DNA of 64,000 bases from positions 64,001 to 128,000 of the forward strand of contig JBPOGF010000011.1 in the NCBI GenBank assembly GCA_051251915.1, given 5' to 3'. The DNA is from Akkermansiaceae bacterium (GTDB taxonomy: Bacteria > Verrucomicrobiota > Verrucomicrobiia > Verrucomicrobiales > Akkermansiaceae). A program made the position numbers and the translations under genes. Positions within the stretch are counted from its first letter, which is position 1. Each line of letters begins with the position of its first letter. Under the pieces are notes generated by a model, which saw only the letters and a program-made list of their open reading frames with translations, was not told the DNA's origin and made no database searches. Of this stretch, positions 1 through 11,600 are shown in pieces.

Positions 1-2026
1 CACCGCAAAAATTGTAGACGAGCGTTTCTTCAGAACTCACTCCATCGACCAACTACAGGCTGAAAGCGACTATTGGCATGACCAACAAGGACGCCTCACA
101 AGCCCAATGGTCATCAATACTGCCGACGGCGAAACACACTACAAACCCATCTCATGGGACGATGCCTTCACACTCATTGCAGACGAACTCAAGTCACTAG
201 ACAACCCAGACCAAGCCGCCTTCTACACTTCTGGTAGAGCGAGCAATGAAGCTGCATTCATGTATCAGCTTTTCGTCCGCCTCTTCGGCACTAACAACCT
301 TCCAGATTGCTCTAACATGTGCCACGAGTCCAGCGGCTCAGGCCTTGGCTCGTCCATCGGCATAGGTAAGGGAACTGTCTCACTTGATGACATCCACCAA
401 GCAGACACCATCATTATCGCCGGCCAGAACCCTGGCACCAACCACCCTCGGATGCTCGCATCGCTCGAAACATGCGTTGAACAAGGCGGCAAAGTAGTAG
501 CCGTCAATCCCCTCATCGAAGCCGGCCTTCTCGCTTTCGCTCATCCGCAGAAAGTCTCAGGCATGATGAACCGCGCCACCTCGCTCACATCTCAATATCT
601 CCAAGTGAAAGTCAATGGCGATATGGCCCTCTTCAGAGGTATTGCCAAATCAATCTTTGCCCGTGAAAAAGAGAATCCAGGCACCGTCATCGATCACGAC
701 TTCATCTCCGAACACACCGCTGGTCTAGAAGAATATGAGTCCACAGTCATGGCTTCTTCATGGGAGAAAATCATCGCAGACTCAGGCCTCACCCGTGAAG
801 ACATTGAGACCCTCACTGACACCATTCTAGACAAAGACAAAAAGCTCATCACCTGCTGGGCAATGGGCATAACTCAACACAAAAACGCGGTCGACATCAT
901 ACGAGAAATCGTCAACGTCCACCTCCTCATCGGCGCCATAGGTCGCCCCGGTGCTGGCCTCTGCCCAGTCCGCGGTCACTCCAATGTCCAAGGAGACCGC
1001 ACCATGGGGATTTTCGAGAAGCTCCCAGAGTGGTTCCACCAATCACTCGAACACCACTTCAAATTCAAATCCCCACGCAAGCACGGATACGATGTCGTAG
1101 AAGCCATCCACGCTATGCATCAAGGAGACGTAAAAGCATTCATCGCGCTCGGTGGAAATTTCCTCCAAGCCGCACCCGACACCAACTACACAGAAGAAGC
1201 CCTTCGCAAGACCAACCTCACCTGCCACATCGCAACGAAGCTAAACCGCTCCCACCTAGTCACCGGAAAAATCGGCCTCATCCTCCCTTGCCTGGGCCGC
1301 TCAGACCGCGACACTCAGGAAGCCGGAGATCAGTTCGTCACCTGTGAGAACTCCATGGGCATCGTCCACAGCTCCAAAGGAAAACTTACCCCTAACTCCA
1401 CCCTTATGCACTCCGAGCCAATGATTATTGCTCGCATGGCTGATGCAACAATCGGTGATACAGACACCGTCAAATGGCTCTGGATGGTAGAGGACTACAG
1501 CCGCATCCGCAACCACATCGAAGCAGTCGTCCCAGGGTTCGATAACTTCAACGTCCGAGTCAGCAAACCAGGCGGATTCTATCTTCCTAATGCTCCCAAA
1601 GAACGCATCTGGAATACCGAAAACAAAAAGGCAAACTTCAGCGACGCACAACTCACTATTTTCCAACCAGCAGAAGGTAGACTCGCTCTCCAAACTCTAC
1701 GTAGCCACGATCAATACAACACCACCATATACGGACTAGATGACCGCTACCGTGGAATTGCCAACAACCGTATGATCATCTTCCTCAACCCAGAGGACAT
1801 GAAAGACCGTAGTATCAAGCCACTCCAACCACTACGCATCACCAGCTACTGGAAAGACGGAGAACGCCACGCTGAAGGATTCAAAGCCATTCCCTACGAC
1901 ATGCCTCGTGGAGCTGCAGCAGCCTACTTCCCAGAAGCAAACGTTCTCGTTCCTATCGATAGCACCGCAGATATTTCAAATACCCCTACAAGCAAAGGCA
2001 TTGAAATTTCACTCACCGGAATCTAA
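1..2026 (+). CDS. FdhF/YdeP family molybdopterin oxidoreductase (5'-truncated by window edge)
   Basis: Frame is open from base 2. Motifs FYTSGRASNEAAF, NNLPDCSNMCHESSG, PVRGHSNVQGDRTMG and TLRSHDQYNTTIYG are typical of YdeP/FdhF-like proteins. Confidence 0.9.
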   Translation, partial: TAKIVDERFFRTHSIDQLQAESDYWHDQQGRLTSPMVINTADGETHYKPISWDDAFTLIADELKSLDNPDQAAFYTSGRASNEAAFMYQLFVRLFGTNNLPDCSNMCHESSGSGLGSSIGIGKGTVSLDDIHQADTIIIAGQNPGTNHPRMLASLETCVEQGGKVVAVNPLIEAGLLAFAHPQKVSGMMNRATSLTSQYLQVKVNGDMALFRGIAKSIFAREKENPGTVIDHDFISEHTAGLEEYESTVMASSWEKIIADSGLTREDIETLTDTILDKDKKLITCWAMGITQHKNAVDIIREIVNVHLLIGAIGRPGAGLCPVRGHSNVQGDRTMGIFEKLPEWFHQSLEHHFKFKSPRKHGYDVVEAIHAMHQGDVKAFIALGGNFLQAAPDTNYTEEALRKTNLTCHIATKLNRSHLVTGKIGLILPCLGRSDRDTQEAGDQFVTCENSMGIVHSSKGKLTPNSTLMHSEPMIIARMADATIGDTDTVKWLWMVEDYSRIRNHIEAVVPGFDNFNVRVSKPGGFYLPNAPKERIWNTENKKANFSDAQLTIFQPAEGRLALQTLRSHDQYNTTIYGLDDRYRGIANNRMIIFLNPEDMKDRSIKPLQPLRITSYWKDGERHAEGFKAIPYDMPRGAAAAYFPEANVLVPIDSTADISNTPTSKGIEISLTGI

Positions 2027-2049
2027 CACTCTACAGAAAACAACAAGAA

Positions 2050-2685
2050 ATGTTATCCGTCATCATCGTAGCCGCGGGCAACAGCCGGCGCATGGGATTT
2101 GATAAACTCATGGCTCCCCTCCACGGAAAACCCGTGCTAGCCCACTCCCTGAAAACATTTCTTGAGTCACCTGACGTTACCGAAGTCATCCTCGTCTCCA
2201 CCTCTGACCGGCTCAATGAACTAGCCATCAGCAACGACAAACTAAAACTTACCTCTGGTGGACAAAACAGACACGACTCCGTATCCAACGGCATTGCCGC
2301 CGTCTCAGCCGACGCTAAATTCATCGCCGTTCACGATGGAGCTCGGCCCTTCATCACCCAGGAGCAAATCCACCGCACCCTAGAAGCTGCCCAGCAGCAC
2401 GGAGCCGCAGCCTCTGCCACACGCATCACCGACACAGTCAAACGTTCCAACTCAGAAAATTTCGCCACAGAGTCCATCTCCCGCGACAATCTCTGGGCCA
2501 TGGAAACTCCCCAGATTTTCAATGCAGAGCTCCTCAAAAAAGCTTACCACCACGTAGAAACATCCGGCACCCTCGTTACCGACGAAGTCTCCGCCCTAGA
2601 ACTCATCGGCACTCCCACCTACTTAGTGGAAAACCCTACCCCCAATACCAAAATAACTTACCCCAAGGATCTTGATTTCGTGTAA
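2050..2685 (+). CDS. ispD: 2-C-methyl-D-erythritol 4-phosphate cytidylyltransferase
   Basis: VAAGNSRRMG, GGQNRHDSV, VHDGARP, ETPQIF, TDE and KITYPKDL motifs. Confidence 0.95.
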   Translation: MLSVIIVAAGNSRRMGFDKLMAPLHGKPVLAHSLKTFLESPDVTEVILVSTSDRLNELAISNDKLKLTSGGQNRHDSVSNGIAAVSADAKFIAVHDGARPFITQEQIHRTLEAAQQHGAAASATRITDTVKRSNSENFATESISRDNLWAMETPQIFNAELLKKAYHHVETSGTLVTDEVSALELIGTPTYLVENPTPNTKITYPKDLDFV

Positions 2686-2722
2686 GCTTGTCATTCACAC
2701 TATTCTGTGTTAAATAGCACCT

Positions 2723-3244
2723 ATGCTTCGCATCACATTCATCGCCGGTTATGCAGTCCTCCTACTAGGCCTCATCGCCATTATCGCGCTCAAAGTCATC
2801 GCTCTCGGACAAAATGCATCCTGGGGTGAAAGCCCACTAGTGGATCATTCCCGCACCATCGATGCTTGGCTTTTTGACCCCAGCCGTCGCGTCATCCTCA
2901 TTGCCTCTGTCCTAGGCTTCATCGCCATATGGATCGCCCTCCTCAAAAACGTCGCCAAAAAATCACCAGAATGGGAAAAATCTTGGGTTAAAACACTCAT
3001 CGTAGGATGCTCCATCATGATGGCATTCTTCTTCATCCTCGCTGCCGTAGGCATGACAGCCCACTACTCCAGTGGCCTCGTCCAAGAAACAGCCGCCAAG
3101 ATAGGCGGCCTAATGAGTTCGCCCGTAGTTATGGAGCTCAGCTTCTTCTTCATCGGCCTCATACTCCTCACTTCCTACAACATCTACAGAAGAAAGGCAG
3201 ACGGCGACGACTTCGTAGAAATGGAAATTAAAGACGAGCAATAA
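2723..3244 (+). CDS. Hypothetical multi-pass membrane protein
   Basis: 173 aa ORF with about four hydrophobic segments and an acidic C-terminal tail. Confidence 0.75.
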   Translation: MLRITFIAGYAVLLLGLIAIIALKVIALGQNASWGESPLVDHSRTIDAWLFDPSRRVILIASVLGFIAIWIALLKNVAKKSPEWEKSWVKTLIVGCSIMMAFFFILAAVGMTAHYSSGLVQETAAKIGGLMSSPVVMELSFFFIGLILLTSYNIYRRKADGDDFVEMEIKDEQ

Positions 3245-3285
3245 GCAGCATTTTCACACTGCTCATTACTCGTAAAATTTACCTA

Positions 3286-4101
3286 CTACTTGATGATCAG
3301 ATCTGCATCAGGAATAGAGAGATCCACACTACCACGTGGTAGAAACTTCACATCAGAAACTTCAGTGAAGCGCATCTGACCAGTTATCTTTCCATCTTCC
3401 ATAAAGAATGTACGGTGACCAGACGCTAACTTGATACCACTAACATCCACCAAATTATCCAAGCTAATAAACTTAGCTGGTCCAGGACCATTAGGTGCCA
3501 CCAGCTTACTAGTAACTGTATAATAAGCTCCCTTCGTCAACTTCGTCTCAGGATCGATCAAGAGCACATAATAATCATCTGGAGAATCACCAGCATCGTC
3601 ATCATAAGTAATCTTTACCTGTGTGTAATCTTTCCCTTCAAAATGCATCGTCTCAGACAGCAAGTCAAAGTTCGCGCTCTCATCATTAAAGATAAACGGA
3701 ATTCCCAAAAAGTAATAAGGAGTCAGTGACCAAAATCTAACAGGAGGCATAAACTCAGCGCCCTTTGGACTGATCCATGCTTCTCCCCCATTCATGCCAA
3801 ACTTGACATCCTTCCCAGTAACCTCATGCACCACAGCCAATGAAGACGTGTCTACCACCTGAGTTGTATCCACGATCGCCTCAGGCCCCTTATCTGACAT
3901 ATGATATTTCCAGCGGAACTGGATCAATCCATTACTATACCATTTTTCAGCACCTCCATGTGCCTCAATCGAGTCTTTTACAAGCTGTTGACCTTCATTA
4001 ATAGAAACTTCAACCTCTGCTGGACTACCTGCTTTTTCTGAGCAACTCACGGAAAGCAAGCTAAGTGAACTTGCCGTCAGTAATGTTATTATTTTTTTCA
4101 T
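3286..4101 (-). CDS. Lipoprotein, DUF6503-like
   Basis: Lipobox LSVSC; SIEAHGG, YYFLGIPF and GDSPDDYYVLLIDPET resemble the DUF6503 family (from recall). Confidence 0.7.
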   Translation of the reverse strand: MKKIITLLTASSLSLLSVSCSEKAGSPAEVEVSINEGQQLVKDSIEAHGGAEKWYSNGLIQFRWKYHMSDKGPEAIVDTTQVVDTSSLAVVHEVTGKDVKFGMNGGEAWISPKGAEFMPPVRFWSLTPYYFLGIPFIFNDESANFDLLSETMHFEGKDYTQVKITYDDDAGDSPDDYYVLLIDPETKLTKGAYYTVTSKLVAPNGPGPAKFISLDNLVDVSGIKLASGHRTFFMEDGKITGQMRFTEVSDVKFLPRGSVDLSIPDADLIIK

Positions 4102-4168
4102 CTGATTATATTATTTGTTTTATGTATGATTTATAACTGCCTAATTTATTTGCCACAATATGTGCCAA

Positions 4169-5053
4169 CTATTCTAAGCCTAATTTTTTACGTAATTTTT
4201 TACCGCTTTTTTCATCGTTGTAATTCCAGTAATCCACATTTTCAATGCGTTTTTTAAGCTTACCAGAACTCAACAATCCTTTCTCACCCTCCTCACTCCA
4301 ACCTAAGATTGAGTACGGTGACCCATTAGAGATCTCAATCGCTAGTTTTCTTCCCGATTTTTTGTAGAAAATTTCATACACGAGAGAATCCTTACTCCCA
4401 CCAGCTCTCCACTGAGTTACCACCGGCGCCGCTATAGGCTTAAAATGCCCAAACCGAGAAGCCAAACTTCCCTGAATCATCTCCGTCTGCCCCACAGGAA
4501 GTTGACCGGGATTAATGCGCAACATAGTCCAGACCTCATCCTCCAAAAGCACAGAAGACTTCTCTTCATAGCTATTTCCCTCTTCATTCTCAAAATAAGA
4601 TCTCACTTCAGTCTTCGTCACGCCATCTCGGCGGTTTGCCTGCATGTATACATGCCCACACCACTCCTGAACAGATGTAGTCACCTTCAGTGCCTTATTA
4701 TCAGCCTTGTCTACAAGAGGATGAAACACCGACATCAGAGTTCGATAAGGATACACACCAGTCTTAAAATCTCTAGTCGCATTTAATTTCAAAACCTGGA
4801 ATTCACCACTTCCTGACTCATCCTTCACTTGCCTATCCTTCAAAAAAGGTTCCCTCACATAAATAAGCACAGCCTCACCATCGATAATATTTCCATACCT
4901 CTCCTGCTTCAACTCATACACACTTATCTCAGCAGCCCCAGACCAAGCCTTCTCTACTTCACCCCAACTAGCCTCCTCAAGCTTCACAACCTCCTGCTGA
5001 CAGGATGCCAAACAAGCTAACGCCAACGAGAGTATAGGAATAATCATTTTCAT
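4169..5053 (-). CDS. Conserved hypothetical lipoprotein
   Basis: Lipobox LASC; motifs YELKQERYG, VLKLN, TGVYPY, SVQEWCGH, SYFENE and LEDEVW. Start taken at MKMII. Confidence 0.7.
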   Translation of the reverse strand: MKMIIPILSLALACLASCQQEVVKLEEASWGEVEKAWSGAAEISVYELKQERYGNIIDGEAVLIYVREPFLKDRQVKDESGSGEFQVLKLNATRDFKTGVYPYRTLMSVFHPLVDKADNKALKVTTSVQEWCGHVYMQANRRDGVTKTEVRSYFENEEGNSYEEKSSVLLEDEVWTMLRINPGQLPVGQTEMIQGSLASRFGHFKPIAAPVVTQWRAGGSKDSLVYEIFYKKSGRKLAIEISNGSPYSILGWSEEGEKGLLSSGKLKKRIENVDYWNYNDEKSGKKLRKKLGLE

Positions 5054-5134
5054 AATTTCTAAGATAGACCACATTCTCCCAAAGAAAAGTGATAATCTTT
5101 AGTCATCTCACTTCATCAGCAAGCACCTCATTTA

Positions 5135-6424
5135 TTACTCCTCCCCTTCATCCACCATACAAGGCACTAAAATCCCGTCTCTCATGCCGTGGATTTTCTT
5201 TTTATCCGCAGGCACTATGGTCGCCATAGTCCCACCCATCTTAGTTCTGCCTTTGGAGTCGATGAAGTAATACGGACACAACCTCACTCTTCCTTTCATA
5301 ATCTTAACCACACCAGTCTCATCATCAAAATAAGGATGCTCCACCACTCTCCCCGGCTCATAATGCTGCATCATCCATGGCTGAGTCGTGAAATCATTAA
5401 CCGCGTTCTTGATAGCACTACTCCAGTCCTCACCGGAAAGGTCATGACCAATAGTCACACTCTTTGAACCCCAAGCCAGTTCATTAAATCCACTAATCTT
5501 AGCCACTAATCGGCGATCTTTCTGGCTAAACTCCCCCACTTCATCCCAACTATTCACCCCTAATCTCGGTAGTGCAGCATGTGGCGGAAGTGGTGCTGGA
5601 TCCATTACCCAACCAAACGGCACAACATCACGAACACGTTTAAGGTGACTACCTCGCATCTCCTTTTCCCAGAGATTCTTGAGCGCAGGAGACCACAATA
5701 ATGCCAACCAAAGCTTTTCCTCTAAGTGAGGTTTACACGGTGATGTCAGATTTTTTCTATGAGCTAGTTCTTTAGCTTGTGGAATATTCTGCCAGTCGAA
5801 CCACTCAAAAAATCGATAACGATCAGCATCATCCCCAGCTTCGTCAGACTCAGCCTCCATCACTTCATAACCCTCACCTAGCTGCTCCGCCAACCAGCTC
5901 ATCTCGGGCATATAATCAGCAGATTCCTCACTAACCAAAACCTTACCCCCATCAGGCATCAGACTCTTAAACCCTTCAGCTATACCATTAGCCCCACCAA
6001 AAATCTCAAACCCATGATCCGCATAAACTTGGCTCAACCAAGTCGCTATCCCCATACCACCCGGAACACTATCAAGCTCTGTTAGAGCATAACCAGCAGT
6101 AGTCTCCCTATCTGTAAGTATCAAATCTGGACGTATCACCCGCGGAAGCACATCCCTCATCTCCACACTACGCTGGGTATCCACCATCCAACCAGGCTTA
6201 CCAGTATCTAACAATTTAGCAATCCACTCAGGCAACCTCCCCAAAGCCGAACGTTGATAAATATTTTCACTCGCCTTCTGAAACATCGCCAACGAGTGAC
6301 CGAGGCTCTCTATCTCTCTCGCTTCTTTCTTAGAAATCTTAAATGGCTCAGGCGAGAACAACCACTGCGCACCATGACGCAGTTTAGACTCAGGAAGAGC
6401 TGATTTTATTTCTGTGAGAGTCAT
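5135..6424 (-). CDS. Uncharacterised ATP-grasp-type (glutathionylspermidine synthase / circularly permuted ATP-grasp-like) amide ligase
   Basis: IRPDLIL, TELDSVPGG, YRFFEWFD, EEKLWLALL, VAKISG..AWGSKSV and RVRLCPYY resemble ATP-grasp ligase motifs. Confidence 0.6.
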   Translation of the reverse strand: MTLTEIKSALPESKLRHGAQWLFSPEPFKISKKEAREIESLGHSLAMFQKASENIYQRSALGRLPEWIAKLLDTGKPGWMVDTQRSVEMRDVLPRVIRPDLILTDRETTAGYALTELDSVPGGMGIATWLSQVYADHGFEIFGGANGIAEGFKSLMPDGGKVLVSEESADYMPEMSWLAEQLGEGYEVMEAESDEAGDDADRYRFFEWFDWQNIPQAKELAHRKNLTSPCKPHLEEKLWLALLWSPALKNLWEKEMRGSHLKRVRDVVPFGWVMDPAPLPPHAALPRLGVNSWDEVGEFSQKDRRLVAKISGFNELAWGSKSVTIGHDLSGEDWSSAIKNAVNDFTTQPWMMQHYEPGRVVEHPYFDDETGVVKIMKGRVRLCPYYFIDSKGRTKMGGTMATIVPADKKKIHGMRDGILVPCMVDEGEE

Positions 6425-6446
6425 AGAGGTAAGTTTTTAATCTTCG

Positions 6447-7022
6447 CTATTTTTTCCCCGCAAGATCCATGAAATTCTTCAGCATCTCTTTCCCATGTTC
6501 GGTAAGTATGCTCTCAGGGTGAAACTGCACACCGTGGACTTCCATCTCCTTATGCTTTAAGCCCATGATCACTCCATCCTCAGTCTCAGCAGTAATTTCT
6601 AAACAATCAGGTAAACTGTCCCTCTGAACAATCAATGAGTGATAGCGCGTTGCTGTAAATGAATCCGGAAGCCCTTTAAACACACTCTTTCCACCATGCT
6701 TAATAACAGAAGTCTTACCGTGCATCAGCTCAGCCGCCCTTATCACATCACCACCAAACACCTGGCCTATGCTCTGATGCCCGAGACAAACCCCCAAAAT
6801 AGGAATCTTACCACCAAATGCCTTAATCACATCACAGCTAATCCCTGCCTCTGTAGGCGTACACGGCCCTGGTGAAATACAGATTAGATCAGGTGCCAAT
6901 TCTGCAATTTCCTCAATAGTGATTTTATCATTTCTCACCACCTTCATCTCTGCTCCTAGCTCGCCAAAATACTGCACGAGGTTGTAGGTAAAGGAGTCGT
7001 AATTATCGATTACTAATAACAT
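6447..7022 (-). CDS. trpG: Anthranilate/aminodeoxychorismate synthase component II (glutamine amidotransferase)
   Basis: [30 protein letters not shown] and QFHPES; directly follows trpE. Confidence 0.92.
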   Translation of the reverse strand: MLLVIDNYDSFTYNLVQYFGELGAEMKVVRNDKITIEEIAELAPDLICISPGPCTPTEAGISCDVIKAFGGKIPILGVCLGHQSIGQVFGGDVIRAAELMHGKTSVIKHGGKSVFKGLPDSFTATRYHSLIVQRDSLPDCLEITAETEDGVIMGLKHKEMEVHGVQFHPESILTEHGKEMLKNFMDLAGKK

Positions 7023-7026
7023 GCTC

Positions 7027-8550
7027 TTATAGATCTGTTGAATGTTCTGCTAAAGTTCTGGCGAGGCCAACCGCTCGGATCATCCCCATCGCCTTGTTGC
7101 GAGTTTCCTCATACTCGTAAGTGGGATCACTATCTGCGACAACCCCCGCACCTGCCTGCACGTAAGCTTTTCCGTTTTTGAGAAGACATGTTCTGAGGGT
7201 AATACAGGAATCATGACCACCATCCCAGCCAAAATACCCAACCGCTCCACTATAGGAACATCGCTTGTTTTTCTCCAGCTCATTGATGATCTGCATCGCA
7301 CGGATCTTCGGTGCACCACTGACAGTCCCAGCAGGGAACGTAGACCTCAGCGCATCATAAGCACTAAACTTCTCGTCAAGCCGCCCACTTACATTAGAAA
7401 CAATATGCATCACATGACTATAGCGCTCTACAATCATAAAGTCATCCACTGATACACTCGCGTGCTCAGCTATCCGACCAACATCATTTCGAGCCAAATC
7501 CACCAGCATCAAATGCTCCGCACACTCTTTCTCATCCGCTAGTAGATCCGCAGCTAAAGCATCATCTTCCTCCTGAGTTTTCCCTCTCCAGCGAGTTCCA
7601 GCTATCGGTCGAATGTCAAGCTTACCATCAATGGCTCGCACATGAACCTCCGGTGAACTCCCCACTAAAGAAAAGTCCTCGAACTGCAAAATAAACATAT
7701 ACGGCGAAGGATTCACATGGCGAAGTGCCCGATAAAGTTCCACCGGCTCACCAGTAAACTCAGTCTCAAACCTCTGACTCGGCACCACCTGGAAAACATC
7801 ACCTGAAGAAATATATTCCTTAGCCTTCAGCACCATCCCTTCATATTCCTCTTGAGTCGTATTACTGGTTGGCTCTGGAACTTCATAATCCGCTAGACCA
7901 TTGAGCGGCGCAATATGTAGCGGAACATCTAGCTGTGAAATCATATCCTCCACCCGAGAAATTGCCTCCTCATAAGCTTCCTCAAGATCATTCTCAACCT
8001 CATCCAAAAATGCATTCGCCACCACGAGCAAACGACGCAACTTATGATCAAAAATCAACAACGTATCAGCGATCATAAACACCGCATCAGGTAAGCCCAG
8101 GTCATCCTCAGGCGAGGTCACGATAGAAGGCTCAAACTGCTTCACCGCATCATACGATAGATAGCCCACAGCTCCACCATAAAACGGAGGAGCATCACCA
8201 TGAGTCACCGGCTTATACTGCGCCATCAAGGACTCTAGCTCGCTCAAAACATCATTTTCACTATCCGCAGTCCACTTACAAGTCTCTCCATTCTCCGTTA
8301 GGGAAATATCCTTCCCATAAGCCACAAACCGTGCACGTGGATCAGTCCCCATGATGGAATACCGACCACTAGCATCAGTACTCTCAGCACTTTCAAATAA
8401 AAACGCCCCATCCTTCTGAGCTATCTTCATAAATGCCGAGAGCGGCGTTTCAAAATCTGCTGCCAACTGCGCATACACAGGCACAACATTCCCCAGCTTC
8501 GCTAATTCGCGAAACTCCTCTAGACTTGGTTTTACAGGTTCCCTGCTCAC
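7027..8550 (-). CDS. trpE: Anthranilate synthase component I
   Basis: [44 protein letters not shown] and [14 protein letters not shown] start at 8550 assumed (alternative 8580). Confidence 0.93.
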   Translation of the reverse strand: MSREPVKPSLEEFRELAKLGNVVPVYAQLAADFETPLSAFMKIAQKDGAFLFESAESTDASGRYSIMGTDPRARFVAYGKDISLTENGETCKWTADSENDVLSELESLMAQYKPVTHGDAPPFYGGAVGYLSYDAVKQFEPSIVTSPEDDLGLPDAVFMIADTLLIFDHKLRRLLVVANAFLDEVENDLEEAYEEAISRVEDMISQLDVPLHIAPLNGLADYEVPEPTSNTTQEEYEGMVLKAKEYISSGDVFQVVPSQRFETEFTGEPVELYRALRHVNPSPYMFILQFEDFSLVGSSPEVHVRAIDGKLDIRPIAGTRWRGKTQEEDDALAADLLADEKECAEHLMLVDLARNDVGRIAEHASVSVDDFMIVERYSHVMHIVSNVSGRLDEKFSAYDALRSTFPAGTVSGAPKIRAMQIINELEKNKRCSYSGAVGYFGWDGGHDSCITLRTCLLKNGKAYVQAGAGVVADSDPTYEYEETRNKAMGMIRAVGLARTLAEHSTDL

Positions 8551-8686
8551 GTGCACAGAATGCGACCGTATCTGAAACAATCAAGTTCAAACCCTAACAA
8601 ACCGTAATTTTCTTAATGCTGTGCTTGCCACAACGCTTATCCATGTGTATGGAAAACGCGCCCATGAACTGATCGGGCACAAAGCT

Positions 8687-11600
8687 ATGCTAAAGTGGAC
8701 ATTACAAAAAATCGTAGGTAACAAAAATGAGCGTGAAATTAAGAAGCGCATTATGCCAGTTGCAGCCGAAATCAATAAGATAGAAGAGGCTCTCCAACAA
8801 GAATCAACTGAAGACGTCTTGGCTCGAACGACCAAATGGCAAAAACACCTCCACCGCTACCTACCGCTTGATACCCCCACCAGAAGACACATCGAGTCCA
8901 TGGAGCCAGAGCAGCTTTCCGCACTCGCAGAAGTCATCGAGCAAAGACTCGCTGACCTTCGCGATGAATACCCATCACTCCCAACCGTCACAGCTAGCCC
9001 AGAGTCCATTGAAGCAGGCAAAGAAGCATTCAACAACATCGAAGAAGATTTCTCAGACAAACGCGCTGCCTACCTTGATAAAATTCTCCCAGAAGCATAC
9101 GCTGTAGTCAAAAACGCAGCGCGCCGCATGTGCGGAACCAAACTCGTTCTCGGCGATCAAGAAACCGAATGGAACATGGTGCATTTCGACGTCCAGTTAG
9201 TAGGAGGCATAGCCCTTCACCGTGGAATGATTGCAGAAATGATGACAGGTGAAGGTAAGACCCTCGTTGGCACACTCCCCGTCTATCTCAACGCCCTCAC
9301 TGGACTCGGCGTGCACGTAGTCACAGTGAACGACTACCTTTCGATGCGTGACTCCCAGTGGATGGGAACACTCTACAACTACCTCGGCCTCACAGTCGGT
9401 TGTATCCAAAACATGCAACCACCACATATCCGCCGTGAACAATACCTCACCGACATCACCTACGGCACCAACTCAGAGTTCGGCTTCGATTACCTCCGTG
9501 ACAACGGCATGTCATCCTCCAAAGATGAGCAAGTCCAACGTGGACATTATTTCTCCATCATTGATGAAGTTGACTCAGTTCTTATCGATGAAGCCAGAAC
9601 ACCACTCATCATCTCAGGCCCATCTACCGTCTCCAATACCGCTCAATACATGGATTACCGCGGTATCATCGAGAACCTCGTGAAGAAGCAAAATACACTC
9701 TGCACCGAACTCGCTGACGAAGCCAACAAAGCACTCGAAGCCGGTGACGAAGAGCACGCAGGTCGCTGCCTATTCAAAATCAAACTTGGCCAACCACGTA
9801 ACCGCCAATTGATGAAGCACATGCAGGATCCTGAATCCCGCCGCCTCATCGACAAGACCGAACTCTCCTTCTATCAAGACGCACAGAAAAAAGAACTCTA
9901 CGCCGTCAAAGAAGAGCTCTACTACACCATCGACGAAAAAGCACACGATGCCGACCTCATGGAAATGGGCCGCAAGCTCCTCGCTCCTGACGATGATGAA
10001 GCATTCACACTTCCTGACCTCGCTACAGAATACGCTGAGATCGATGCTAACCATGACCTATCAGATGATCAGAAAGCAGCAGAAAAAGAGGAAATCAATG
10101 TCCGCTTAGACAAACAAGGTGATAAAGTTCACTCCATCTCTCAGCTCCTCAAAGCATACTGTATCTATGAGAAAGACGTCGAATACGTAGTTGAAGACAA
10201 TAAAGTCAAAATCGTTGACGAGCAAACTGGACGTAAAATGGAAGGTCGCCGTTGGTCAGACGGTCTCCACCAAGCAGTTGAAGCCAAAGAAGGCGTAACC
10301 GTCGAACGTGAGACTCAGACATACGCCACCATCACCATCCAGAACTACTTCCGCCTCTATGAGAAACTCGGCGGAATGACTGGAACAGCAGAAACTGAAG
10401 CTGCGGAATTCCACGACATCTACGGCCTAGACGTCCTCCCCATCCCTACAAATCAGCCTAACCAGCGCGAGGATCTCAATGACCAAGTCTTCAAGACTCG
10501 CCGTGAGAAATACAATGCCGTTGTCAACAAGATCGCTGAATGCCAGAAGAAAGGTCAGCCAGTCCTCGTAGGAACCGCATCAGTCGACGCCTCAGAGACA
10601 CTCTCTAGAATGCTCCAACGCGCTAAGATCACTCACTCAGTGCTCAACGCTAAATTCCACGAACAAGAAGCGGACATCGTCGCACGCGCCGGTAAGCTAG
10701 GAGCCGTCACAGTTTCTACTAACATGGCCGGCCGTGGAACTGATATCAAACTCGCAGAAGGCGTGGAAGAAGCAGGCGGCCTCATGGTCATAGGCTGCGA
10801 ACGCTACCAATCTCGTCGAGTCGATCGCCAGCTTCGTGGACGTTGTGCCCGTCAAGGAGACAAAGGCATGAGCCAGTTCTACATCTCATTCGAAGATGAC
10901 CTCATGAGAAACTTCGCCGCCGCAGAGCGCATGACTCGAATGATGGAAAGATTCGGAATGGAAGACGGAGAAGCACTCGAGCACAAGTGGCTAAACCGCT
11001 CCATCGAAACAGCCCAGAAACGCGTTGAACAGCGCGACTACACCTGGCGTAAACGCGTTCTAGACTTCGATGACGTCATGAACATGCAGCGTGAAGTAGT
11101 CTACGGCTACAGAAACGAAGTCCTCTCCACAGAAGACCCTCGCGAACTCATCGACGAGATCATTGACGAAATCATCCCAGATCGCGTGCATGACTTCATC
11201 GAGAACAGAGACGCCGGATCACCAGACTACGCGGAACTCCTCAACTGGGTAAATACCACCTTCCCACTAGGCCTCACCATTGAGACATCTGGATTCCAAG
11301 AAAGAGATGCAGACGCAAATAGCGAATGGATCATCGACGAAGTCAAGAAAGCCTACAAGCTCAAAACCGAGCACGAAGCCCCTGAACTACTAGATCACCT
11401 AGAACGCCACATTATCCTCACCGGAATTGATAAACTTTGGCAAGAACACCTCTACAACATGGACGCGCTCCGTGAAGGCATCAGTCTCCGCGCACAAGGC
11501 CAGAAAGATCCACTCGTAGAATACAAAGTTGAAGCTTACTCACTTTTCCAAACTCTAATGGACAGCATCAAAGCGGAATCACTCAACAACCTATTCCGCT

